DNA from: Malacoraja senta | Taxonomy: Eukaryota | DNA: 64,000 bases | Direction of reading: 5' to 3' | Assembly: GCA_038087875.1 (NCBI GenBank) | Contig: CM075990.1 | Location: 10,666,001-10,730,000, forward strand | Part shown: piece after piece, positions 12,201-24,261 of the stretch | Layout: every line of letters begins with the position of its first letter | Position numbering within the stretch: position 1 is the first letter of the stretch | Notes under the pieces: generated by a model | The model's database searches: none | What the model was told of the DNA's origin: nothing | What the model saw: only the letters and a program-made list of their open reading frames with translations | Translations under genes and position numbers: made by a program

Positions 12201-14919
12201 GAAAGCCGCGCCCCTCCCCCACTGGCCACCAATATTGGAATTGGTGGAGGTGGAATATTGTGTTGGGGGACCAGCCCTGCCATGTGATGCTGGGACCCAA
12301 CGGGTCCCACTTAGTCTAGTATATTACTAAAACTCTCATTTTGTTTGTTTCTATGCTGTCTGTGATGCGTGTGATCCCGAGATTCCACCAAAATGGTAAG
12401 CGATAGCGCCACAATTTTTGCCCCATCTTACTCACCATTGTCCTGTGGTGTGTTGCAACAGGTTCTGTTAGGACTGATGGTTTATTTTACAAGTTATTCA
12501 CATTTTAAACTTTACAAAACCACTTTGACAATAAGCTCTTCCATCTGCACTGGCCGTTAGCAGCGTATGATGTCACAATGGGATTCATTAACATAAACTG
12601 TCCATCAGCAGTATTTCACCCCACAATGACATCACAATGAGATCTCATTTACATTGTAAAAAACTCTTTTAAAAAAACACAGCAGCTTCCTCCTGACAAT
12701 GACGTCAAGGGAGGTAGGGAGGGGAGAGGGGTTATGGAAGGAGGGAGTGACTGAAGGTAGGGAAAAGGAGAGGGAGGGAGAGATGAGGGAGTAGGGAGGG
12801 GAGGAGGAGAGGGGAAAGAAGAGGGAGGATGAATAGGAGGGGGAGGGAGAGCTGGGGATGAGGTGGAATGGAGGATACAGGTAGGAAGAGGGATGGTGAG
12901 GCGCACTTCGGGAGGGTTCAACAGGGATCTCTGGCGTCACAACGGGAACCCGTCAGCCGCGCCTCTGCTGTTGGGGGCTATGGGTGAGTGGTGGAATATT
13001 GCGTTCGGGGACCAGCCCTCCCATGTGACAGGGACCCAACGGGTCCCACTTGGTCTAGTATATATTACTAAAATGTTCATCTTGTTTGTTTGTATGTCTG
13101 TGTGTGTGTCTGTGATGAGCGTGATCCTGAAACTACGGCAAAACGTTACACGATAGCGTTACAATTTTTGGCCCACCTTATTCACCATTGTCCTGTGGGG
13201 TGCTGTGGCAAGATTCGTTCAGATTGATGGTATATTTTACAAGTTATTCACATTTTAAACTTTACAAAAACCACTTTGACAAAAATCACTTCCATCTGCA
13301 CTGGTTATTACCAGTGTATGGTGTCACAATGGGATCTCATTTACATAAACTGCAAGTCAGCCGTGTTCCGCTCCACAATGACATCACAATGGATTCTCAT
13401 TTACATGAAAAAAAACCTCCCTTTTAAAAAACACTGCAGCGTTCCACCATTACATCACAATGGGATCTCATTTACATAAAGAAAAAACTCTGTTTTAAAA
13501 AACAATTTATCCCATTGAGGTCCAATCCTCTTTACAGTTACTCTTCAATGTCTACATACATAAACTTCCGTTGTGACAATCAGCACCTCCAGGCTCCTGA
13601 TGGAGACGGCAAAGATGAAAACTGTGCGATGCCTTCAGCAACCCTGGTTGAGAACGGATGGCTCAGCCCGCTCTTGGATAGATCTCCTCTTCACGTTGAA
13701 GACTGTCACAATCAGACACGCCAACATCATGCTGGTGTTCTTCTCTGACCAGTACCTCCTTTGGACTTTTTATCACCCACAATAGGAACAGAAGGTAGGC
13801 AGGGGGGTGCGGAAGTTAAATGTCAAACACCTGACCCAAGAGAACGTCAATGAGCTAAAAAAGGTCTATGCAGGTTGGCCCCTCTTTGACTTACTGATAC
13901 ATTGGTAGAAAGTAACCAAGAAGAACATCAAGAGGTGTTCAGAAAGCAAAGAGGGTAAGAGGAAATCGTGCCAACGTCAGACAAACTTACAGCTACTGCT
14001 CCTTCTGCAGTCAAGAGGGAATAAATGTGAGGGAGAAGCTGCAAGAGGTGAAGAGCTGTCAATCCATGCTTTTTGCTTTGGAATTCTCCGAGATCACCTT
14101 CCAAGCCAAAGTCCACTTCATGGTGTAAGATGAAATGTTCTCACAACAGCTTCTTCCAAAAGTTTCACAGAGGGAGCTCCGTGATCCATTCCCTTAAGGA
14201 AGAGGACGGCTCGGAAACATCCTCGCAGTGCATATTGATGATCTGCAGATCCTTCTATGCCAGTCAGTAGGACAGAAAGTCCACAGACAGCATAGCTTCC
14301 CAAAATTTTCTGTCTTTATCACAGAGGTCCTGGAAAAAAGTAAGCAGGAGAGTCTGGACCACCCAGTGACCCTAGAGGAGCTGACTGGGTCCATCCATTC
14401 CTTTGACTCGAATAAAACTACCAGAAGCGATGGATTACCGGATGAGTTGGACTCGGTGCTATGGGATTGTGGCAGTCTGAACCTGCTAGAAGTGTACAAT
14501 GCTATGCTTCTGGCTGGCAGCATGTCAGACCCTTGAGGAAGAGCATCATTACCCTCATCTACAAGCAGAAGGGGGAGAATGATGACATCAAGAATTGGAG
14601 ACTCATCACGTTGCTTAATGTGGACTGTAAGATCCAGTCCAAGGCCATCGCCAATTGGGTCAAGTATGCTCTGGCCAGGTGATCCTCCTAGACCAAACCT
14701 GTGCTGTACCTGCCAGGAAAATCTTGGGCAACCTGGCACTGCTCAGGGATGCCATCAGTTATGTGCAGGACAGAGGGGTGGACACCCACCTGGTCAGCTT
14801 AGACCAGGAGAAGGCCTTCAACAGGATATCACAATGTACATGATGTGTGCATTTGGGAGGGAATTGGAAACTGGACCCAACTGCTCTACTACTGCATTGA
14901 TATCTATAGTGCAGTCTAA

Positions 14920-15381
14920 AGGGCCTGTCCCACGGGCATGCGACTAGCGCGACCTAACCGCAAGCGGGGGCTGTGCGGAGGTTGCGGGGCCGGTCCCACT
15001 TCGATCGCCGGAGCCGTATGGAGTTGTGCGGAGCTGGTCCCGACATCACGCGGGGCTCCGAAAAACTGACACTGCTCAAAAATTCCGTGCGGCAACGGCC
15101 TGCCGCCCCGCAGCCGCATTGAGGCCATGCGCGCCGCATCGACGGCCGTGCGCACTGCCTCGACGCCGGACGCAGCCGCCTCGAGGCCGTGCGCCCCGCC
15201 CCGACGCCGTGCGCACCGCCTAGCCGCCGTACGCACCGTCTTGACGTCACTCGATTTGGTAGCGTTTGCCGCATGCTGGTGGGACCTGCCCTGTACCGTG
15301 ATCACTCGACCTGCGCGCGGCCCCCGCTTGCGGTTAGGTCGCGTTTGCCGCATGGAGTCGCATGCCCGTGGGACAGGCCCT
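14920..15381. mobile_element. PIF/Harbinger-like MITE, GC-rich, TAA TSD
   Basis: TIR agggcctgtcccacgggcatgcgact / agtcgcatgcccgtgggacaggccct flanked by taa on both sides; interrupts the LINE RT. Confidence 0.88.
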
Positions 15382-15703
15382 TAAATCAATGGGTGGTTAA
15401 TGTATAACTTCCCCATGAGGACTGGAGTCAGGCAGAGTTGTCCATTCTACCATGTCTTGTTTGTGTGCTGTATAGAACCCTTTGGTAACTCCATCAGGAA
15501 GGACAAGTGTATAAGAGGGGTGACATTACTGGGCAGTGGGGACACTCAGAAATCTCCCAGTAACTAGACAATGTCGCCGTCTTTTGCTTGGATCCATAGT
15601 CAGTGCAGATTGATCAGCATCCAGAGTCCAACTGCAAGATCCAGAGTCAACTGCAGAGTGAGCCCATGCTCTTTGCTAACTGGCCTGATCAATCCTCCAT
15701 CCC

Positions 15704-15844
15704 TGGGGTGGGAGATTGCAACCTTCACGTGGTCCGCCCTGTTTCGACAAATGCAATCAATCCGGCGTGCACAGTCAAGTAAGATCAAATAGAACAAGTT
15801 GTCCTACAACTTTAGGCTGTGCACGCCATACGCAAGAAGAAGAG
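15704..15844 (+). mobile_element. 5'-truncated retroposon 3' end with an (aag)n tail and a 13-bp TSD
   Basis: aatcctccatccc occurs at 15691-15703 and 15845-15857. The empty site is seen in the duplicate LINE segment near 19895. Confidence 0.85.
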
Positions 15845-16059
15845 AATCCTCCATCCCCTTCACCATCAGGTCTGACTACCTGAAGGTGCTGGGGATCAGG
15901 TTCGGAGGGGGCGATAACTTGTTCTACATTGACACATCTCGGTCGACGAAATGCATACCGACGGTTGGTTTTAATTTGTTTTTGTGCATGGGGAAACTTG
16001 GGTCTTTTGTAATTCGCCCCTCTGCTAACCTATCCTCCCCTGCTCTGATCATTTTACTT

Positions 16060-16196
16060 TGCTGATTGGCTGGGTTTGTATTTTCAAATGGGTTTTGCGA
16101 GAGCCAGAGAGCTTCCCTTTCCTGCTCCATGCACAGGATCAACGCCGGACGACAAGGATCTATAGACCCCTTTGCCGCGCAGCAAACGAGGTAAGC
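16060..16196 (+). promoter_or_regulatory. Putative promoter and non-coding first exon (copy A)
   Basis: Reverse CCAAT box (ctgattggct) at 16062-16071 and strong donor GAG|GTAAGC at 16190/16191, next to CpG-rich sequence. Confidence 0.5.
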
Positions 16197-16719
16197 ACAA
16201 CACGCTATTAAATATGTTTTACAAATAAACTTGACAAGAACGAATGTTACTCAACGCCCCCCCCCCCCCCCGCAAAGGAAAAAAAAATACATCGGCAACT
16301 CAGACTTATTTCTGCTGATACCTTGTTGTGCATGTCAGAGATTTTATTTTCGCTGTGTTTTTAAAATATGAACAATTGTATGTTATTTATAAAGTCTGTG
16401 CTCATTTATTTCGTTTGCTGAAAGATTTTTTTTCGGCGGGAATGGGGACACTCGGCCAGTTTTACGCGTTTCTTTTCCTTGGCCTCCAGGTTTTGTCTTT
16501 ATTTTTTAAAGTGTTTTAAATAGACATGAGAGGAGGGGGGGGCCATGTGTTGTTTAAGTCGCCGATTCATGCTGCTCGCCGTTCTGAGGAACAGTTGGGA
16601 GGCGATGCACCCGCTACCTGAATAAAAGCTGTCACGGCCACGCAACTCCGCGTGTAAATGTATAATCAGTAAAACAAAAACAACAAAAAAAGCAAATCCT
16701 AATTGCGGAATTAAGAATG

Positions 16720-16960
16720 CTCACCGTGCGGAGTTGTTCGGAAGCTGCGGGGTTTGTGTGTGTGTTGGGGAGAGGAGCCCTGTGAGCCGAGGCCCTGTGC
16801 GAGCCGCTCCGGGGCGACGGTTGAGCGGGGCCCAATCGAGCTCGTAGTTTGAACGGTGCCGCGTTCCATTGGGCAGAAGGCGCCAAATGCTCACCTTGCT
16901 TCCCGCCTCTGCCGCAGGGCGCCTCGGTGCTGCTGCTCAAGATGGACGGGACTGTCCACA
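16720..16960 (-). promoter_or_regulatory. Putative antisense non-coding first exon(s) in the CpG island (copy A)
   Basis: Minus-strand donors CAAG|GTGAGC (16895/16894) and CACG|GTGAGC (16725/16724), with YY1-like ccatcttg at about 16938-16945. Confidence 0.45.
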
Positions 16961-17788
16961 TTTTTTCTCCGATTTAAAAAAAATCCCGGCTAGTTTTGTT
17001 CCTAGCTTTCATTTTTGTTTTGTTGCCATCTTTTGTCGGGCCACTCACCACGATTTGAGGGTTGGGGGATATTCAGAGATACTTAATGAAATCTCAAATC
17101 TATTAAAACATCCCTACTTGGATAAAGTAATAAATGAAACGTGTTCGGTACACGGAAATAATGTTTCACGTTTCTTTATTTGAACTTGCTTATGCGAAAT
17201 AGACGTCTTTCCCGCTTTAAGGATTGCGTTTCAAATCATGCCTGCAAATGAAAACGCCTGAATTTGGCATTAATGGCAAGCAGAATATTATGAATGAGCA
17301 ACGTCAAGATAGTTTTATGAGAAAGAGATCAGGTTTGAACTTTTATTTATGAGTAAATGCGGGAGATATATGAATGCTGAGTTTGGCTTTTGGAAGGGCC
17401 AGGGCTATAAGCATGGAGGAAGGATTGACAAAGGACACAAAATAGATGGAATAAAAGAAAGCTAAAACTAATAAGCTGATCAGTCAACATCTGTAAAGAG
17501 AGAATGTTAGAATTATGATGTCCATGATCTTTAAATCCGACAGTTCATTGACTTCAAATACTTTGTCCAGCTTCCAGAGATGCTAACTGATCCATTGAGT
17601 ATATATAATGTTTTTTGTTTATTGCAGATTTTCAGCATTTGCCATGTTTTACTTTTGCGGAAGTAATCAATGGGTTGTTGTAAGGCTGATGTAACTGCTG
17701 GAATGATCAGTCTTGTTAACAAACGAATGATTTAAATGGATAAATTAACACATGTAGGTTAAATAAAGGCCGAAAGCCTGGAGTGAGA

Positions 17789-18521
17789 GTCCCACTTAGG
17801 CGATTTTTCAGGCGACTACCGGTGACTGTCAAGTTGCCGCAGTCGCCTGAAAAAACGGCAACTGGAATGGCGACTGTCTGAGTGGAACACACACAAATAC
17901 ATCGCTTCCTTCACCAGCCCGTTATGCAGGCGGGGTACTGGGCAAGCGGGGGGAGTGCTGTCTGAGTGAAATTCACATGGTGCAGAGCCAATGTGATACA
18001 GACACAGAGACAATGTGATACAGACACACAATGTGATACAGACACATGAACAGGAAGGTTGGCGCTGTAATTAAGAAGCTAAAACACACAGTGTACAGTA
18101 AGTCCTTTAAAAGGGGGAGAAGGAGTGGAGACAACTTTTAAGAAGCCAGAGATACACGGCTGTGAAGCTCGGCGGACATTAACATTACCGGTCGATTATC
18201 CTTCGTTCTGAAAACTACTGCTTACGTTTTTTCCCCCCCAATGAGCCAATGAAATGCACCGGTCAGCACCGGCTCCAACCTACGAGAACCTAAGAGAACC
18301 TCTGACCTCCTGGCGAGCCACCTACAGCACGGGAATTCTCGCTACTCCATGGCGGCTTCATTCTAGTCGCGTTGAAAAATTAGCGGCGTCCATAATGAGT
18401 CTGCGACTAGTTCCCAGAATGCGGGGACTCCTCACGACCACGAAGGCGACTCCCCGGCAACCACCCGCGAACATGTGGCGACTGCATAGTCTCCTGCAGT
18501 CGCCTCAGTGGGACAGGCCCA
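17789..18521. mobile_element. Harbinger-like MITE specific to duplication copy A
   Basis: Ends gtcccacttaggcga ... tcgcctcagtgggacaggccc; absent at the equivalent site in copy B (about 28697). Confidence 0.8.
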
Positions 18522-19817
18522 TGAGCGGGTAGTTTTTACAGTGCTAAACAAGTGTGGAAAATGTTCAGAGACAAGCGTAACATGGGGTAATGTGAAGATA
18601 TTAATTTTGCAGGAAAACAGAATTTTCTTTTAAATGGTTTAGGTTTTAAAAATTATCAACTCCACCATTCAACATGTTATTGATCGAATAGTATTTCCGG
18701 TTTCCTGTCGTATCATCAAAATCTTTTGATCTCAGTCTTGAATGTACTCGGTGAGTAGCTGATTTCCTTAAAACTTGAGACTGCCCCTCAACTTTGGACT
18801 CTCCATTGTGAACTTCTTGTCATCAATTCCATAAATTCTTCATGTATACCTCAATTAGATCACATCTGATCTTCTAAAATCCAGTGAGCGTAAAGGCAAG
18901 CGTCCTCAGTTGCCTTTTGTAGGACAATTCCAATTTTTCATGATTGGACATAAAATTACATTGCACTAACTTCATCCTCTGATACAGAAACCAATATAAC
19001 ATGCAAATATGTTCTTGCAGAAAATATATAAAGTCTCAGCACTGCATTTATACTTTGCAGTAAAGGCAAATGTTCCATTTGCTGCCTTATTTGCTTTGCT
19101 GTACCAACGTATTTTTTGTATTTTCCTAATCAGAACACTTAAATCTCTCAATTCATGAACATATACTGGTTTCAAACCACAATTTAGAAAGAAACATTGC
19201 CTTTTTATTCTTCCTATAAAAATATTTAGCCTCACACTCACATGCATAATACTCCATCTCCACCATCCAGTCCATTTGCTTAAAACATTGGTGCCTTTTT
19301 TGACTCTGTATCCTTACAATTCACTTTCTCGCTGTGCTTTGACATAAGCAAGCATAACTACCTTACTCTCTCTTCCCATCTAGGGCATTGCGATAAATTG
19401 TGAATAGTTGAGTATACAATATTGATCTTTGTGGCATGCAACAAGGAACAATCTGCTGACCGGGAATATGTCTATTAATTCCTGTGTTCGTACTATTGGC
19501 CTTTGATGGAAGTGGGGAAATAAAATTTGGGTATCTGGAACGGATCACAAAATTAAAATGCAGGAACAAAAAACAATGTGGGAGAAATTGTTTGTTTATA
19601 TAGCAAGAGAGATGGGTGTAAGAATATACAAGTTTTATGAGCAACATCTGTTGCTTCTAGAGATTCCTGCCTCTGGTTTCCTCAAGGAGATATATGGTTT
19701 ATACCTTCAAGAAACATACTGTCTCTTCCACATAGATCCTAAGGCTCCTTGAATGACGATACTTATTTCTGGTTTGCGTGGAAGTAGCTGCTCAATTTCT
19801 TCATTAACGGAATATTT

Positions 19818-21180
19818 CTGTGATCAGTTTGAGTTTGCAGCAAGTTCAGAGTCAACTGCAGGAAGAGTGAGCTCATGCAGCAACTGGCCTGATCAATCCT
19901 TCATCCCCTTCACCATCAGGTCTGACCACCTGAAGGTGCTGGGGATCTGGTTCGGAGTGGGTAAGGCATGCAACAAGAATTGGCTGGAGCGGTTTGTCAT
20001 GGTCAAGCAAAAATGAGATCTGTGGATAGCAGGACTCCTTCTCGATAACCAGAACAAATGTGGTCAGGAGATGTGAGGTGCTTTCGTGGCTGCTATACTT
20101 GACACTGATGTGGCCAATCACCTGCTCCTCTGCTTCAACGATCACCCAGGCTGTCTTCCAGTTCACCTGCAGATCAAAGATTGAGCAGGTTCAACAGGTT
20201 ACGATGCACAAATCTACAGACTATGTGTGCGACAGCTTGCCCAATATCGCACTCATCTAGATGGCCACCTTCATATGCAGCTGCATCAGGCTGTGCGTGG
20301 AGCCAAAGCACATGGGTACCAAGTGTCATTACTGTCTAAGGTTCTACAGTGTTGCAAAGGATGGGCCTGCCACCAATGTCATGCAATATGAAAATCAGCT
20401 AGAAATTGTTGCACTGCTTATCTATTGTGGAAAGGTTCTTCCAGACCAACACCTTTGACCACGTCTATCGGGCAGTGGTCAGTATGGAACATCCTTCAAG
20501 CAATGCAAGACAAGGACTCAATGGATCTCGTGGCATGGCTCTTTGTGCAGACTGTCCAGTTTGATGAAATGCCTCATCACCAGAACTCACCAACAAGCAC
20601 CAAGACCTCGCTTAGCTGGCAGTGAGAAGGGCCCTCCCAGTCTGATCCTTCCTGCACTGTTGGAATCTTACTACTGATGCACACTGTCCTCGGGATGGCT
20701 GCTAGAAAGAAGATGGTTGCCCACCTCTTTGCAGAGTGTGGAATTGCAAAGAGGGTTTGGCGAATAATGCAAGTGTCCTTGTCACGGTTCATCCCAAACA
20801 GCTCCGTTTGCGCAGCACAGTGCTCGGTCAAGGTTCAGTCTGACTAGGTTCGATCTGACTACGGGTGCTGTTTTTACAGTTTGTATGTTCTCTCTGTGAC
20901 CACATGGGTTTCCGCTGGGTGGTCCAGTTTCCTCCCACATTCCAAAGACATACAGGTTTGTAAGTTAATTGGCTTCAGTTAAAATTCTAACTTGTCCCTT
21001 GTGTGAAGGATAGTGTTGGTGTACGCTGTCTGCCCAAAACTTGTTGACCACCTGCACAGTAAGATGTCAGTCAAGGAATATTACTGACTGGCCCTATCCA
21101 GATTGCAGGACTATGTGCTGAGGGACTCACTGAAGCTTGTTGCAGCCAAGGCTCTGTGGGGGTGGACCACTGCTTCCATC
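19818..21180 (+). mobile_element. Continuation of the degenerate Tx1/L1-like LINE ORF2, with a SINE fragment at about 20840-21020
   Basis: IRSDHLKVLGIWFG..NWLER and HLFAEC motifs. Its first ~140 bp repeat LINE sequence found at 15640-15910. Confidence 0.8.
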
Positions 21181-22077
21181 GCTGGACATTGAGGGGCAGA
21201 ATCTGGTGGGGACACACCTAAAGCAAGGGAAGGGATATCACCCCAGGGGCAACATAGGTGGGACACTGTGGAGTATGACACTAATGAACGTATAGACTGA
21301 GAATGTCTGGCGTCTTTGTGCAGTTTTTGTGTTGATTCTGAAGAAAGTTCAATACTGGAAAGAAATTGTCTCCCCACAAAACAATACCCACAGGATTCAG
21401 CAGCGTTGAAGTCTCTTATTTAGATACCTGTTCCCAGATGTTTGCAAGACAACATTTTTCAAATGGGATAGGAACAACTGTGTTCAAATTCATAGGTAGG
21501 TTGCTTGCTTCATTTGATGCAAATAAATGGTTTATGTTTTAGAGGACAGATAAAAGTTATTGCTGCTGATCTGGAATCTCATGTCATGCATTAGAGACAC
21601 TGAAGAATTTTATGTGGTTACCATTATATATAATAATTTTAAATTACAGATTATTAATCTGAATTTAAAATTCACAGCTGCAGTGGTCGGACTTGTTCAT
21701 ACTTCTACTTGTCTAGAAACTCAACCACCACCAAATTTGTACGTTTTCTTTTGTTTTGCATAGTTGAATCCCCTCGCTCAAGAAAGCACGTTCGGTTTGA
21801 TTTTTTTTTGCTCTATTGATCCCACCCAGTTTTATTAAGCAAAGGCAGAACCATTTCACGCAGAGGTGACTCGGATAGAAATTTACAATAGGATTCATCA
21901 GCTTTATCCGACCAAGTGACAGAGCAGGTGATAACTTGTCCTACATTGCCACGTCTCTGGCGACGAAATCCACACCGACGGTTGATTTTAATTTGTTTTT
22001 GTGCGTGGGGAAACTTGGGTCTTTTGTAATTCGCCCCCCCTGGTAACCTATCCTCCCCTGCTCTGATCATTTTACTT

Positions 22078-22214
22078 TGCTGATTGGCTGGGTTTGTATT
22101 TTCAAATGGGTTTTGCGAGAGCCAGAGAGCTTCCTTTTCCTGCTCCATGCACAGGATCAACGCCGGACGACAAGGATCTATAGACCCCTTTGCCGCGCAG
22201 CAAACGAGGTAAGC
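22078..22214 (+). promoter_or_regulatory. Putative promoter and non-coding exon 1 of macroH2A2 (copy B)
   Basis: ctgattggct at about 22080-22089 and donor GAG|GTAAGC at 22208/22209. It is the nearest CpG-rich non-repeat region upstream of the ATG exon, which starts with a splice acceptor. Confidence 0.55.
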
Positions 22215-22669
22215 ACAACACGCTATTAAATCTGTTTTACAAATAAACAATAGTGGGTTCACTTGACAAGAACGAATGTTACTCAACGTCCCTCTTCCCC
22301 CCCCCTCCCCCAGAAAAATTACATCGGCAATTCAGATTTATCTCTGATATCTTGCTGTGGATGTAAGAGGTTTTATTTCCGCCGTGTTTTTAAAATATTA
22401 ATAGTTGTATTATTTCAAAAAAATTGCTCATTTATTTCGTTTGCTGGGGGGGGGGGGTTTCCGGCAGGAATGGGGACACTCGGTCTTGGGGCTTCATCGT
22501 GTGTTTTACGCGTTTCTTTTACTAGGCCTCGAGGTTTTGTCTTTAATTTTAAAGTGTTTAAAATAGAGAGGAGTGGGGGGGGGGGGGGAGCATGGTTTGT
22601 TTTAAGTCGCCGATTCGCGTATAATCAGTAAAACGAAAAAAGCTAATCCTAATTGCGGAACTAAGAATG

Positions 22670-22905
22670 CTCACCGTGCGGAGTTGTTCGGAAGCTGCGG
22701 GGTTTGTGCGTGTTGGGGAGAGGAGCCCTGTGAGCCGAGGCCCTGTGCGAGCCGCTCCGGGGCGACGGTTGAGCGGGGCCCAATCGAGCTCGTAGTTTGA
22801 ACGGCGCCGCGTTCCGTTGGGCAGAAGGCGCCAAATGCTCACCTTGCTTCCCGCCTCTGCCGCAGGGCGCCTCGATGCTGCTGCTCAAGATGGACGGGAC
22901 TGTCC
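22670..22905 (-). promoter_or_regulatory. Putative antisense non-coding first exon(s) in the CpG island (copy B)
   Basis: Minus-strand GTGAGC donors at 22842 and 22674; YY1-like motif at 22886-22895. Confidence 0.45.
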
Positions 22906-24261
22906 GCATTTTTCTCCGGTTTTAAAAAAAACGACGGCTAGTTTTGCTGTTAGCTTTCATTTTAGTTTTGTTGCCATCTTTTATCGGGCCACTCACTACG
23001 ATTTGAGGGCTGCGGGATATTCAGAGATACTTAATGAAAATCTCGAATCTATTAAAACGTCCTACTTGGGCAAAGTATAATTGAAACGTGTTCGGTACGC
23101 GGAGATAATGTTTCACGTTTCTTTATGTGAACTTGCTTATGCGAAATAGGTCTTGTTTCCCGCGTTAAGGATTGCGTTTCAAATCAAGCCTCCTTGCCTG
23201 CAAATGGAAATGCCTGAATTCGGCAAATGCCTGAATTACAAAATTTTGAGATTTAAAAAATCAAGTCTGCAATTTATCCCATCAGATAAAGCATAAAAAG
23301 AAGTTTAATTTGACACCTAATTCACTTTTATATCTTCAGTATTAAAAACGTTATGGTCATTTTCATACTTGGAAATTAGCATCTTGTGCCCTATTGCTTT
23401 TGCATTGACTTGACACAAAAGCTGTGATTGAAGGACAGTCAAAAGCCCATAACCTTCATAAAAATTAAGAGAACTGAATGACATTTTCAGTTATTATAGA
23501 TTGAAGCATTCTGAAACAAATATAAAACATCTTACTTGGATGACCTGAAATTAAAACATATAATTAGTTAATTACCTAAATGTAGTCAATTACAAAATTG
23601 ACCGTTGTGACGGAAATAGTAATAAACACCCAGACTGCCTTGAAAATTCAAAAATGAACCAGCCTAATTAATGGGTGAGGGCAGTTCTTGTGGGTTCCTC
23701 CCTTTACTGAACCCCACTGACTGCCAGTGTGCAGAGTGGGGGGTCACGGCCATAGTGGGACTGGGGCAGTTCCAGGCTGGGGGACAGTCCTGCAAGGCAT
23801 CTTCCAGTCGCTTTAATAGGAAATGTAATAAGACTGCAGCAGAAGTCCCATGTTTTAAGCGCTCATGAACCTGCCTAATTAAAGGGTCAGGACAGATCCT
23901 CTGGGTTCCCCCGTTTACTGAACCCCACTGACTGTCATAGTGGGGAGAATGGGGCTAATGGCCATAGTGGGACTGGGGGACAGACCTGTAAGAGACCTGT
24001 CTTATTTCTGATGTAAATGTCACATCCTGACCAAGAATGGAATGCTCCGATGTTTACTCGATGAGTATTCATTTTAAGCTACAATGAGCCTATATTTATG
24101 TTAAAGACCCCCCCCCCCCCCCGATGATGCCTTTGCAAATGAGGGCCATTACCTTTAACCTAAAATAACCCTAAAAGTGTTGTGTTGTTTGAGTATCTGT
24201 AGTTTGTGTGTGTGTCTGTGTATACCTGTCAAACGTGTATGTGGATGTAAGTGTGTATGTA

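Larger units (their letters stand above)
8582..13510 (+). mobile_element. Head-to-tail array of non-autonomous Helitron-like units (3' ends near 9293, 12319 and 13058)
   Basis: The repeated 3' hairpin gggacccaacgggtccc plus CTAG (ctaa at 9293) is followed directly by a new 5' end (tctatattcctaaaa or tatattactaaaa). Confidence 0.72.
13520..15910 (+). mobile_element. Degenerate Tx1/L1-like LINE ORF2 (endonuclease and RT)
   Basis: Fragments FSDQ, KLNVK, DGLPDE, IKNWRLITLLNVDCKIQSKAIA, DQTCAVP, SLDQEKAFNRI, GVRQSCPF and LKVLGI. Confidence 0.85.
15911..19817. repeat. Copy A of a local segmental duplication containing a CpG-rich promoter region
   Basis: Colinear with 21928-29709 apart from copy-specific indels and TE insertions; both copies end at ggaatattt. 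Confidence 0.95.

Noticed and set aside
14916..15407. Several overlapping GC-rich ORFs and a CpG-island-like signal
   Set aside because: Lies entirely within a Harbinger-like MITE.
19558..19752. ORF repeated at 29342-29644
   Set aside because: Explained by the segmental duplication; no recognisable protein similarity or convincing exon structure.
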